DNA from: OCS155 cluster bacterium AG-349-E07
GTDB lineage: Bacteria; Actinomycetota; Acidimicrobiia; Actinomarinales; Actinomarinaceae
Length of the DNA: 64,000 nucleotides
Direction of reading: 5' to 3'
Assembly (NCBI GenBank): GCA_003281085.1
Contig: QCCZ01000001.1
Span: 251,433-315,432 of the forward strand
Shown: piece after piece, positions 8,508 through 18,640 of the stretch
Layout: each line of letters starts with the position of its first letter
Position numbering within the stretch: the stretch's first letter is position 1
Notes under the pieces: generated by a model
The model's database searches: none
What the model saw: only the letters and a program-made list of their open reading frames with translations
What the model was told of the DNA's origin: nothing
Program-made: the position numbers and the translations under genes

Positions 8508-9708
8508 AGGGTAAATTTTTAACAGCTACTGCTTCAAGCAGTCCATTCTGAAAAACTCTTAGGCCAAATTTTGGAAGAATAGCAAATAAGTGATCAAAAA
8601 TATCGGACTGAATTTTTTCATACGCCTCCCACTCAGTCGTATTTGTGAATGTATAGATTTCTAATGGCACACCTTCTGGAGAGGATGGAAGTTGTCGAAC
8701 AAGGAATGTCATAGTTTCAGTATTTAAGTTTGAATTTTGTTTCAAATAGCTTTCAACATAAGCTCTGTACGTACCTATATTTGTCAATTTTCTAGTTTCA
8801 ATATTGTTATCTGTATTTTCAATAGAAGCATTAAATTCAGATAATTCGTTATTTTTAAATGATATGTAATCCTTTAACGGTGCTAATTTTTCTAATTCCG
8901 AAATTTCTTTGGCCGTTAAAAATTTGATACTTGAAATATCTATAAGTAAAGATCTTTTGATTCTTCTTCCACCATACTCAGACATTGCTCTCCAATTCTT
9001 AACAGAAGTGTTTACAATTTTTGATGTCGGAATTGTTGTTATTGTCTTATCCCAGTTTTGAACTTTTACAGTATGAAGAGCAATGTCTACTACATCACCA
9101 TCTGCTCCAAATTCTGGAACTTCAATCCAGTCTCCAATTTTGATTATGTCATTTTGACCTATTTGAACTGAAGCTACAAATGACAAAATTGTATCTTGAA
9201 AAACTAATAGTAAAACAGCTGTAAGAGCACCAAGTCCACTTATGTAATAAGCTACAGACTGTCCAGTTACGATTGCGAAAATTATAATCACCACAAAAGC
9301 AGAGATTATAATTTTAAGAATTTGTATATAACCTTTTATTGGTCTATCTTTTAAAACATCAATTTTTTCAGAAATTTTATTGAAAACGCTTAAGACTTCT
9401 AAAATTGTCAATCCGACTAATAGTGCAAATGCAGCATCTATTAGTCTCGAAACAATAACATTGCTAAACAGGTCAATACTAAATTCTGGAGTTGCGGTCA
9501 ATATATTGAAAACGATAAAAACTACAACATAGGAGAACCTATTTAAAAATTTTTTATCAAGAAATAAATCATCAATAAACGTTGATGTCCTATTTGCTAA
9601 TTTTTTTACAGCTGGAAAAAAAATAGATCGTAAAATTCCATAAGAAACAATCAATATCCCTAATAAAATTAAAGCGGTTGTTGTTTCCGAATTTAATAAA
9701 TTATCCAT
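8488..9708 (-). CDS. MscS family mechanosensitive channel (YbdG-like)
   Basis: GDWIEVPEFGADGDV, VKVQNWDKTITTIPT, GGRRIKRS, YEKIQSDIFDH. Confidence 0.92.
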   Translation of the reverse strand: MDNLLNSETTTALILLGILIVSYGILRSIFFPAVKKLANRTSTFIDDLFLDKKFLNRFSYVVVFIVFNILTATPEFSIDLFSNVIVSRLIDAAFALLVGLTILEVLSVFNKISEKIDVLKDRPIKGYIQILKIIISAFVVIIIFAIVTGQSVAYYISGLGALTAVLLLVFQDTILSFVASVQIGQNDIIKIGDWIEVPEFGADGDVVDIALHTVKVQNWDKTITTIPTSKIVNTSVKNWRAMSEYGGRRIKRSLLIDISSIKFLTAKEISELEKLAPLKDYISFKNNELSEFNASIENTDNNIETRKLTNIGTYRAYVESYLKQNSNLNTETMTFLVRQLPSSPEGVPLEIYTFTNTTEWEAYEKIQSDIFDHLFAILPKFGLRVFQNGLLEAVAVKNLPFNQLDE

Positions 9709-9723
9709 ATTTTAATAATAACC

Positions 9724-10404
9724 TCAAAATCCTTTTTGTTGACTTGTCCATGGCTCAGGTGTGTTATTTATAAATTCTTCTACACTTGGCCCATTTAATT
9801 TTTGTAGTCTTTTTTGACCAACAATATATGTAACAACTAACAAAATGAGAGTACTTTGATTTGAAGTTGCAAGTTTTATTACTATAAGAATTTCTGGGTT
9901 GTTGTAAAAATAAATTTGTAGACCTGCCTTTACTAAAAGATACAATGTCCAGATAATAGCCACCAAAGTGTACGCTGGCTTTACTTTTTTATGTAAGTAC
10001 CATTCTTTTGGCCAATTTCTAAAAGCTTTTGAACTATATATTGTAAAAGGCCTACCTACTATGATTGACACAACTCCTACAAAAGCTATTGCGCCATCTC
10101 TAATAATTCCTGGGAGAAAAAATCCAGATGCACTTCCTTGTATTCTGGCAATAAACAAAGCAATTAAAGATCCGATGAAACCATAAAATACATATTTTAA
10201 ATTTTGTTTTTTAAATACTCTGTAAAAAACAATTGCAGATAATAATGCTGCTGTACTGTAAATCGCTTGATTTAATTCTAAAAAATTAGCACTTACAACA
10301 AAAAATATCGGCGCAATTATTGAATCTGTGATTGATTCATTGTTAGGATTGAGATTTTTAATTTCATCTTTGATCTCTATGAATTTGTTTTTAAAATTTT
10401 CCAA
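9724..10404 (-). CDS. DUF3159 family membrane protein
   Basis: DSIIAPIFF, GSASGFFLPGI and WP-x-x-W features; actinobacterial family. Confidence 0.7.
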   Translation of the reverse strand: MENFKNKFIEIKDEIKNLNPNNESITDSIIAPIFFVVSANFLELNQAIYSTAALLSAIVFYRVFKKQNLKYVFYGFIGSLIALFIARIQGSASGFFLPGIIRDGAIAFVGVVSIIVGRPFTIYSSKAFRNWPKEWYLHKKVKPAYTLVAIIWTLYLLVKAGLQIYFYNNPEILIVIKLATSNQSTLILLVVTYIVGQKRLQKLNGPSVEEFINNTPEPWTSQQKGF

Positions 10405-10405
10405 A

Positions 10406-11668
10406 TTAAGTTAATTTATCCTCAAAAAATTCTTTATTGATGTTTTTATTTTCAGGAGTGTCAAAATTAGGAAATTTAACATTGAAATGTTTTTCGAGAT
10501 TGGTTTTTAATTCATCTGGACTTGAGTTTTTAAATGTTTCTTCCTGAATTACCTTGTAAGCCTCTTCTCTATTAACGCCAACGCTTACAAGATGAGATAG
10601 CATTTGTTGACTCATTGTTTTACTTTTAGCATTATTTAAATTGATTTCAATTTGTTCATAATTAATGACAAGGTCACTAATAATTGACGTTAGTTCTGAA
10701 GTCATAAAGCAAATTAAATTAAAACAATCTGGTAGTGCAATCCTTTCTACTGAAGAATTAGATATATCTCTTTCATTCCAAAGTACCATATTCTCTAAAC
10801 CACTTAATGTGTATCCCCTGACAATTCTTGCAAGTCCAGTAATTCTCTCGCTGCCTATAGGATTTTTTTTATGAGGCATTGCAGAAGAGCCTTTTTGCCC
10901 ATCTTTAAATGGTTCATACATTTCAGAAATTTCTGATCTTTGATAACTTCTTAAGTTAGTTGAGATTCTCTCGTAGGTTGAAGCCAGAATAGAAAGAGAA
11001 GTAAATACCTCAGCGTATCTATCTCTGCTCACTATTTGACTTGCAAATATTTCAGGTTTGAGTCCTAGTTTTTCAAGTGTTATTTTTTCCATTTCTTCTG
11101 TAACAACTGTGTGATTACCAACAGGGCCACTTAGTTTTCCATAAGCAATTGAAACTTTTGCCCTTTCAACTCTATCAAGAGACCTTTTAATTTCTAGATA
11201 CCAGTTTCCAAATATATTACCAAGAAAGGTTTCTTCAGCATATACTCCATGAGTTCTGCCAATAATTTTGGTATCTTTATTTTCTTTTGCTTTTAATTTG
11301 AGTTCTTTAAGCAAATCAAGAATCAACTCTTGAGCTATTTCTATAGATTGTAATATGAGTAAACTATTAGCACTATCTACAATATCTGAACTAGTAAGAC
11401 CATAGTGAATCCAATTCGAACCCTTACCAACTTTTTTTTGAAGTATATCTACAAATGAGGCTAAATCATGATTTGTAACCTCCTCTTGTTTATATACTTC
11501 TTCTTTTGAAACTTCAGCCTCTCGAATTTTTTTTGCAATACCAGCTTCTGCTATTTTTAGTTGTTCAAGAGTTTCAACATATTTCTCCTGTATGAGTTTC
11601 CATGTATCAAATCTATTTTGATCATTCCAAATTGCATTAACTCTGTTATTTATGTATCTTTCAATCAT
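10406..11668 (-). CDS. purB: Adenylosuccinate lyase
   Basis: MIERY, HYGLTSSD, GRTHG, GSSAMPHKKNP. Confidence 0.97.
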   Translation of the reverse strand: MIERYINNRVNAIWNDQNRFDTWKLIQEKYVETLEQLKIAEAGIAKKIREAEVSKEEVYKQEEVTNHDLASFVDILQKKVGKGSNWIHYGLTSSDIVDSANSLLILQSIEIAQELILDLLKELKLKAKENKDTKIIGRTHGVYAEETFLGNIFGNWYLEIKRSLDRVERAKVSIAYGKLSGPVGNHTVVTEEMEKITLEKLGLKPEIFASQIVSRDRYAEVFTSLSILASTYERISTNLRSYQRSEISEMYEPFKDGQKGSSAMPHKKNPIGSERITGLARIVRGYTLSGLENMVLWNERDISNSSVERIALPDCFNLICFMTSELTSIISDLVINYEQIEINLNNAKSKTMSQQMLSHLVSVGVNREEAYKVIQEETFKNSSPDELKTNLEKHFNVKFPNFDTPENKNINKEFFEDKLT

Positions 11669-12940
11669 TTAAATAATTATATTTTCTGTTCTCTCTGGTC
11701 CAACAGAGATAAACGTAATGGGTACTTCTATAAAGGTTTCAATTGCCTTTATATAACTTTGAGCATTATCTGGTAAATCTTCAAAAGACTTAACTGCTGA
11801 AATATCATCCATCCAACCATCAAATGTTTCATAAACTGGCTCAGCTGAATTTAAGATTTTTTGATCATATGGATAGTCAGTGATAACTTCGCCGTTGTTT
11901 TTGTAACCTACACAAAGTTTTATTTCTTCAAGGCCTGAAAGCACATCAAGTTTAGTTATAAAAAGTTCAGTTAAAGAGTTAACTCTTGCTGAGTATTTTA
12001 GAGAGATTAAATCAAGCCATCCACATCTTCTCCTTCTACCAGTAACAACTCCAAACTCTGCTCCCTTTTCTATTAAATAGTCGCCAATTTTGTTTTTTTG
12101 CTCTGTAATAAAAGGACCACTACCAACACGAGAAATATATGCTTTTGTTACACCAACAATTTTATCTAGATTTTTAGGACCTATGCCTGAGCCAATAGCT
12201 GCATTGCCAGAAGAAGTATTTGAGCTTGTTACAAAAGGATACGTTCCATGATCAATGTCTAATAAAGTTCCTTGCGCTCCCTCGAATAAAATTGTTTTTT
12301 TATTTTTTATTGCATTTGCGATCAATAAAGATGTATCTGCTACATGACTAGTTACAATATCTTTGTAGGCACTGAACTCGTCAATAATCTCATCAACTAT
12401 TATTGGAGGCTGGTTATAAATTTTTGTAAGAGTTAGGTTTACATCCTCTACATTATTTCTAACTTTTGTTTCTAAATTTGTTTTATCTAATAGATCTTGA
12501 ATTCTTATTCCTTTTCTTTGAATTTTATCGGCATAACACGGTCCAATCCCTTTTTTTGTTGTTCCGATTTTGTTTTCTCCTAAACTTTCTTCTATTAACT
12601 CATCGAGTAATTTATGATATGGCATTATTACATGTGCATTTGGAGAAATCACTAATTTATCAGTATTAATATTTTTTTTGTTTAACATTTTAAGTTCTTC
12701 TTTTAAGAACCCAAGATCAACAACACAACCCGAGCCAATTACCGGGGTACAATCAGGATAAAGCACTCCTGATGGTGTTAAGGATAATGCAATTTTGTCA
12801 TCTCCAACCACAATTGTATGACCAGCATTGTTTCCACCTTGAAATCTGACGACAAAATCGGCTGTTGAAGCAAAAAAATCTGTGACTTTACCCTTACCTT
12901 CATCTCCCCACTGGGCTCCGAGAACTACGGTAGTGGACAA
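11669..12940 (-). CDS. purA: Adenylosuccinate synthetase
   Basis: GAQWGDEGKGK, GGNNAGHT, GTYPFVTSS, TGRRRRCGWLD. Confidence 0.98.
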   Translation of the reverse strand: MSTTVVLGAQWGDEGKGKVTDFFASTADFVVRFQGGNNAGHTIVVGDDKIALSLTPSGVLYPDCTPVIGSGCVVDLGFLKEELKMLNKKNINTDKLVISPNAHVIMPYHKLLDELIEESLGENKIGTTKKGIGPCYADKIQRKGIRIQDLLDKTNLETKVRNNVEDVNLTLTKIYNQPPIIVDEIIDEFSAYKDIVTSHVADTSLLIANAIKNKKTILFEGAQGTLLDIDHGTYPFVTSSNTSSGNAAIGSGIGPKNLDKIVGVTKAYISRVGSGPFITEQKNKIGDYLIEKGAEFGVVTGRRRRCGWLDLISLKYSARVNSLTELFITKLDVLSGLEEIKLCVGYKNNGEVITDYPYDQKILNSAEPVYETFDGWMDDISAVKSFEDLPDNAQSYIKAIETFIEVPITFISVGPERTENIII

Positions 12941-13140
12941 TTTTTCTCCTTAGATACAACATAAAATGATAACCTAAGTTTTTACTAATAAGAACAAGTT
13001 TCTTAGCGAATTTAATCTAAATTGCAAATTTTTTGAATTTTTAAGGTTTTTTTCATTGATACAAAATCCTAACTATATTAGATTTATATACATACGGCCT
13101 CTAAAGAGGCTGTCTACTTTTAATTAAAAGGAGATAAACA

Positions 13141-14220
13141 TTGAATAAAAAAGCAATTGTTTTTCTTTTAGTATTTGCAATGGTAATCGTCGCTTGTGGA
13201 GACACAACCGAAGAAGCTGCTGTTGAAGCTACTGAAGAAGAACATGACCACGAAGGCGAGTCAACGCTTGAACAAGTTCAAGAAAGAGGCTTCCTTAAGT
13301 GCGGTGTTAGCACAGGTGCAACTGGATTCACTGAAGTAGGGGACGACGGTTCTTATTCAGGATTCGACGTTGACTACTGTTATGCAGTTGCTGCTGCTAT
13401 CTTCGGTGATTACAGTAAAGTTGAATTTAAACAACTTACTGCAGCTGAAAGATTTACAGCACTTAGCGCTGGAGAAGTTGATGTGTTGATAAGAAACACA
13501 ACTTGGACTCAAAGCCGAGACACAGAGCTTGGTAACGATTTTGGACCAACAACTTACTTTGACGGTCAGCAATTAATGGGAAGAGTTTCTGATGGACTTT
13601 CATCATCTTCAACTCTTGCTGATATTGACGGACTAAGAGTATGTACAAATGCTGGTACAACCACAGAAAAGAATATTACAGAAGGTGCTGGACTTGTAGG
13701 AGCTACAATTGAGCTCGTTACAGTTGAAGCATTCTCAGAGGCAATTGACAAGTTCATTGCTGGTGAATGTGATATTGTTACAACTGACGGTTCAGGATTA
13801 GTTGGTAGAAGAGCAGTCAATGACGCTCTTAATGACTGGGCAATTTTCCCACAATCACCAATTTCAAAAGAACCATTAGGTCCAACATACAGATCAAATG
13901 ATAGCCAATGGGCTGACATCATTAACTGGACTGTTTATGCAACAATCATTGCAGATGAGTACGGAGTTACAAGAGCTAACATCGATTCATTTGACTATGA
14001 TGCTGCACCAGAAATGGGTAGATTATTTGGTAAGAATGACGGAGAGCTTCAAACAAAGATGGGTCTTAGTGCCGATGCGTATTACAACGTTATAAAACAA
14101 ATTGGTAACTACGATGAAATCTTCTCAAGAAACCTAAATCCATTAGGTCTCTATAGAGAAGGTGGAGCTAACGCTCGCTGGACAGAAGGCGGATTAGTTT
14201 ACGCACCACCAGCAAGGTAA
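13141..14220 (+). CDS. aapJ: General L-amino acid ABC transporter substrate-binding lipoprotein (AapJ/BztA)
   Basis: Lipobox VIVAC, LKCGVS, GFDVDYC, RNTTWT, ISKEPLGP, GGLVYAPP; AGGAG SD. Confidence 0.93.
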   Translation: MNKKAIVFLLVFAMVIVACGDTTEEAAVEATEEEHDHEGESTLEQVQERGFLKCGVSTGATGFTEVGDDGSYSGFDVDYCYAVAAAIFGDYSKVEFKQLTAAERFTALSAGEVDVLIRNTTWTQSRDTELGNDFGPTTYFDGQQLMGRVSDGLSSSSTLADIDGLRVCTNAGTTTEKNITEGAGLVGATIELVTVEAFSEAIDKFIAGECDIVTTDGSGLVGRRAVNDALNDWAIFPQSPISKEPLGPTYRSNDSQWADIINWTVYATIIADEYGVTRANIDSFDYDAAPEMGRLFGKNDGELQTKMGLSADAYYNVIKQIGNYDEIFSRNLNPLGLYREGGANARWTEGGLVYAPPAR

Positions 14221-14239
14221 TTTTTACCTATTTATAATT

Positions 14240-14270
14240 AGTAAAAGGGGCTTTTAGCCCCTTTTACTTT
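14240..14270 (+). terminator. Strong hairpin/terminator between aapJ and aapQ
   Basis: 13-bp stem AGTAAAAGGGGCT-TTT-AGCCCCTTTTACT followed by TT. Confidence 0.8.
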
Positions 14271-14303
14271 GAATAAGAAAAATATTTCTGATAGGATTTA
14301 TTT

Positions 14304-16103
14304 ATGAAAAATGCACTTAAGACGTTATCGTTTTTTAGGAATGTGGTATTTCTTAAGTGGGCTTCACAAATAGTATTTTTAGTAGGTCTTCTATATATAA
14401 TCTGGAGCTATATCCAAAATGCAGTCGTAAATCTTGAACAAACTAATATCGCTTTTTCATGGGGATGGCTAGGAGAAACGCCAGGAGTTTCAATTGCAGA
14501 AGGAATGTATACTCTCCCTAATTCAGGTCGACAGATGATCCAAGTCGGTATGCTCAATATGCTAAGGGTCACAGTTACAGGTATATTTGCAGCAACATTT
14601 TTGGGTACATTTCTTGGTATTGCTCGTTTATCAAAAAACTATATAGTAGAAAAAACTTCAACAGGTTTGCTAGAAGTTGTTCGTAATGTTCCTCTGTTAG
14701 TACAAATTTTCTTTTTCCAAGCTTTTGTATTGACTTTTCCTAGATTAGAAGTCTTTGATGTAGGAACTTATAATCTTCATGTAAGTGCAAAAGGTATTGC
14801 CTTTCCTTGGTTTAACAGACAACCTACAGCATATTTATTCTGGGTTTATTTGATAGCCATTTTAATTTTGGCTAACAAAATTTATAAGTGGAGAGTACAA
14901 ATTCTTGAAAGAGAGGGTAGAGAAACAAGGCCTTTTCTTTGGTCATTTGGTATCTTTTTTGGATTATTAGTCGCTGGCTGGTATGGAGGATATCGAGTCA
15001 TGGGAGTTATAGGATTCTTAGCCGGATATATTTCAACAGGAGTTGACCTTTTGCCTGCAATTTTTTATCAAATACTCTTCTCTTCAATTGCAGTATTTAT
15101 TGGTTATAGATCTACAAAGAAGTTTATAGATAGCAAAAAATCAGAAGAAGCCCAGGGAATTTACAGTGATGATGATTACTTTAAAATCATATTAAATGTC
15201 ATAGTTGTATTGTTAGTCGTTGTCTTAATGTTTTCCTCTGTAGGGCTGGGACTTTCTAACTTTCTAGTTGGTGATGAACTTGTTTTTAAAGCAGATTGGG
15301 GCGTTCCTCAATTTTTTGACGGTGTTAATAATAAACTATATTGGAACCCAGAGGCAAAAATTGTATTAGATGCACAGCTGGATGGTATGAAGAGAGCAGA
15401 TATTATAGATTGGATTGCTGTACCCGGCACAGAAGTAACAAAAGGTGATGTAATAGCAAGAGCTACAGCAAAAGACTTAAAGGGTGATTTGAATCAAGAG
15501 ATATCCATTTATGCAAAATATACAGGTGTAATCGAAGAGGTTTTTGTATCTAAGGGAGACACTGTAAAAATAAACGAAAAAACATACGATATTCGAGTAA
15601 CAGATAGTAAACCATTAGAACTGTCAAGACCAAGAATAGAGCAAATTGGTACTACTAAGTTTAAAAAATATGCTGATGGGTTTGGTAAGAGTCTCTCGGT
15701 AGGATATTTTGCTATTTGGCTTGGAGTTGTTTTGTATACAGCAATATTCATTTCTGAAGTTGTGAGAGCTGGAATAATGGCAGTTTCAAAAGGACAGTCT
15801 GAAGCAGGTCTTTCTCTTGGGCTAGGCCGAGGTGCACTACTAAGGTTAATAGTCTTACCACAGGCAATCAGGGTAATGCTTCCACCTATGGGTAATCAGT
15901 ATCTAAACCTTGCAAAGAACACATCTTTAGGTATAGCTGTTGCATATCCAGAAATTGTTGCTGTAGGGCAAACCCTTTACAACCAAGAAGGACAAACCTT
16001 GCCAGTATTTTTAATCTGGATGGCGTTTTACAGTACAGTAAGCTTGACTATTTCAACAATAATTAATTATTACAATAGAAAAATGAAAATAGTGGAGAGG
16101 TAA
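14304..16103 (+). CDS. aapQ: Amino acid ABC permease (AapQ/BztB-like), enlarged, with an inserted lipoyl/biotinyl-like domain
   Basis: GIARLS, RNVPLLVQ, EVVRAGI..VSKGQSEA, PPMGNQYLNLAKNTSL; insertion at about 15357-15599. Confidence 0.88.
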   Translation: MKNALKTLSFFRNVVFLKWASQIVFLVGLLYIIWSYIQNAVVNLEQTNIAFSWGWLGETPGVSIAEGMYTLPNSGRQMIQVGMLNMLRVTVTGIFAATFLGTFLGIARLSKNYIVEKTSTGLLEVVRNVPLLVQIFFFQAFVLTFPRLEVFDVGTYNLHVSAKGIAFPWFNRQPTAYLFWVYLIAILILANKIYKWRVQILEREGRETRPFLWSFGIFFGLLVAGWYGGYRVMGVIGFLAGYISTGVDLLPAIFYQILFSSIAVFIGYRSTKKFIDSKKSEEAQGIYSDDDYFKIILNVIVVLLVVVLMFSSVGLGLSNFLVGDELVFKADWGVPQFFDGVNNKLYWNPEAKIVLDAQLDGMKRADIIDWIAVPGTEVTKGDVIARATAKDLKGDLNQEISIYAKYTGVIEEVFVSKGDTVKINEKTYDIRVTDSKPLELSRPRIEQIGTTKFKKYADGFGKSLSVGYFAIWLGVVLYTAIFISEVVRAGIMAVSKGQSEAGLSLGLGRGALLRLIVLPQAIRVMLPPMGNQYLNLAKNTSLGIAVAYPEIVAVGQTLYNQEGQTLPVFLIWMAFYSTVSLTISTIINYYNRKMKIVER

Positions 16104-17905
16104 TGGTTGACTTAATTAAAAAGAACGCAAAGTCATTACAGGAGAGTTTATTTTCGTCTGTCGGATCTGCAGCTTTAACTATTGCTACAACGTATCTTGT
16201 AATTAACTTTTTCAGAGGAATGCTTGGTTTTGCATTAACGTCAGATAAAGATTGGCTGGCTGTATTAAACAATATGCAGCTATACATGGTTCAAGCATAT
16301 CCAGAGGAAGATTTTATTAGAGTCTGGTTATCAGTTGGCCTTACTTTTGTCCTTGCAGGATTATCAATTGGCATTTGGAGAAGTGATGATAGAGTAAAAA
16401 GTTCTCAGGTATTTAATTCCTTTTTTAAAGGCGGACTAGGTGTACTTTTCTTTACAATAATTGCTCCAACAAATTCAAGCTTTATGGGAAATGATGGATC
16501 GGTTATAACTGAAGAAGTCTTTTCTATGGAAACAAGGTTAGGAATATTAATTCCAGTTGCTATTTTCTGTGTAATATTTTTTAGTATCCGATTTATAAAT
16601 ATTAACTTTACTGTAAATAGCTCTGACATGGTTTTCTTTTATTTATTCATCCCTGTTGCACTTCTTTGGTTTATCAAGCTACCCACTATTCAACTGGATC
16701 AAAATAATGAAAGAATTATTCCTGACCCTGTAATGCCAATAGCTGATACCACAAAGATTCCTTGGACAGTCATCTTTGTATCATTCTTGGCTAGCTATTT
16801 TATTGGAATGTATCTTAAAAATATAAAAAGTATTAAGTCAATCATGTCTTTATCATGGTTTTTATTACCTCTTTTAATTTTTTCTTGGATTTTCAAAAAA
16901 CCACAAATTGACATGTCAGTCGTGCTTGGCAGTGACCTTCCTATATTCGGAGCTTTCTTACTTTGGGGTTTTTTAGTAATTACTTTTGTTAATAACTCTA
17001 TATTTAAAAAATATTACTCAACTTACTTAGGACTTACTTTCCTATTAACACTTGTTGGTGTCTTTTCTGGTTTACCGATGTTGGCTAAAACTTGCTTACT
17101 CTTGATAGCATTATTCTCGGTCGTGGTTCCAGCTGTATCAACTTCATCGCAGGGTAAAAGAAGTCTTTTAATCGTGTGGGCAGTTGCATTAGTTACCCTT
17201 ACCTTTTTACTAAGAGGGGGAGCATCAGATACTGGCATAGTCGTTCCGGGTTCAAGTATTTTTGGAGGTTTTTCTTTAACATGGTTACTGGCCATATTTG
17301 GAACATATGTTTCTTTTCCACTCGGAGTCTTATTGGCACTAGGGAGAAACTCAAAACTACCAATAATTAGAATTGTCTGTACTGGAATTATTGAATTAAC
17401 TAGGTCTGTGCCATATATCACATGGTTATTTTTTGCAAGCGTCACCTTAGCAGTATTTCTACCCGCAGGAGTTGAGTTCAACTTAATAGTTAGAGTGTTG
17501 ATGGTGACAGCTTTTTTCAGTGGTGCTTACTTTGCAGAAAATATTAGAGGTGGTCTCCAATCTATTCCAAAAGGACAATATGAAGCGGCTGATGCTATAG
17601 GAATGAGCCCATTTCAAAAGATTTCTCTAATTATTATGCCACAGGCTCTAAGAGCAGTTATACCTACTCTTGTTAGCAGTGCTATTACAGCTTTTAAAGA
17701 CTCAAGTCTTGTGACAATTATTGGATTATTTGATTTCCTCACTATTGGAAAAACTGTTATCGGAAATCAATCAATACCTGTAAACTTTGTTGGTCATGAC
17801 AGAGAGAATTTAATTTTTGTAGCAATTGTATATTGGATATTTACTTTTACGCTTTCTAGAAGAAGCATGAAAGTTGAAAAGAAGTTAGGATTAGGAGAGA
17901 GGTAA
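16103..17905 (+). CDS. aapM: Amino acid ABC permease (AapM/BztC-like) with extra TM segments
   Basis: FPLGVLLALGR, AENIRGGLQSIPKGQYEAA, FKDSSLV. Confidence 0.88.
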   Translation: MVDLIKKNAKSLQESLFSSVGSAALTIATTYLVINFFRGMLGFALTSDKDWLAVLNNMQLYMVQAYPEEDFIRVWLSVGLTFVLAGLSIGIWRSDDRVKSSQVFNSFFKGGLGVLFFTIIAPTNSSFMGNDGSVITEEVFSMETRLGILIPVAIFCVIFFSIRFININFTVNSSDMVFFYLFIPVALLWFIKLPTIQLDQNNERIIPDPVMPIADTTKIPWTVIFVSFLASYFIGMYLKNIKSIKSIMSLSWFLLPLLIFSWIFKKPQIDMSVVLGSDLPIFGAFLLWGFLVITFVNNSIFKKYYSTYLGLTFLLTLVGVFSGLPMLAKTCLLLIALFSVVVPAVSTSSQGKRSLLIVWAVALVTLTFLLRGGASDTGIVVPGSSIFGGFSLTWLLAIFGTYVSFPLGVLLALGRNSKLPIIRIVCTGIIELTRSVPYITWLFFASVTLAVFLPAGVEFNLIVRVLMVTAFFSGAYFAENIRGGLQSIPKGQYEAADAIGMSPFQKISLIIMPQALRAVIPTLVSSAITAFKDSSLVTIIGLFDFLTIGKTVIGNQSIPVNFVGHDRENLIFVAIVYWIFTFTLSRRSMKVEKKLGLGER

Positions 17906-17911
17906 TATCGT

Positions 17912-18640
17912 ATGAGCATAATTCAAACAAAAGATGTAAAAAAATGGTTTGGAGATTTTCAAGCATTAAAAGGTATAAGCATGGACGTTGCAGAAGGAGA
18001 GGTTCTTGTAATCTGTGGTCCATCAGGTTCAGGTAAATCTACATTCATACGATGCATTAACAGGCTTGAACAACATCAAGAAGGTCAAATAATTGTTGAT
18101 GGTATAGAGCTTACAAATGATTTGAAGAACATAGAAGCTATCAGATCTGAAGTTGGAATGGTTTTTCAGAGCTTTAATCTTTTCCCACATTTAACAGTTA
18201 TGCAGAATATTACCCTTGCCCAGATATGGGTTAGAAAAAAGAATAGGGCAGAAGCTGAAGAAAAAGCAATGGAGCTTCTCGAAAGAGTTGGAATTCCAGA
18301 ACAGGCTCAAAAATTTCCGGGACAGCTCTCTGGCGGTCAGCAACAAAGAGTAGCAATTGCTAGAGCACTAGCAATGGAACCAAAGATTATGCTTTTTGAC
18401 GAACCTACTTCTGCATTGGATCCTGAAATGATTAAAGAAGTATTAGATGTTATGAAAGAATTAGCACAATCTGGTATGACAATGATTGTGGTTACTCATG
18501 AAATGGGTTTTGCAAAAGAAGTCGCAGATAGAGTCATGTTATTTGACGAGGGTCAACTTGTAGAGGAAAATACTCCTGAAGAATTCTTTAATAATCCTGA
18601 GAGTGATAGAACTAAGCTATTTTTGAGTCAAATTCTCTAG
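17912..18640 (+). CDS. aapP: Amino acid ABC transporter ATP-binding protein
   Basis: [35 protein letters not shown]. Confidence 0.95.
   Translation: MSIIQTKDVKKWFGDFQALKGISMDVAEGEVLVICGPSGSGKSTFIRCINRLEQHQEGQIIVDGIELTNDLKNIEAIRSEVGMVFQSFNLFPHLTVMQNITLAQIWVRKKNRAEAEEKAMELLERVGIPEQAQKFPGQLSGGQQQRVAIARALAMEPKIMLFDEPTSALDPEMIKEVLDVMKELAQSGMTMIVVTHEMGFAKEVADRVMLFDEGQLVEENTPEEFFNNPESDRTKLFLSQIL

Noticed and set aside
3742-14268. Shared AGCCCC/GGGGCT core in the two hairpins (3742-3769 and 14240-14268) as a REP-like repeat family
   Set aside because: Only two instances, arms in opposite order, and adequately explained as ordinary terminators
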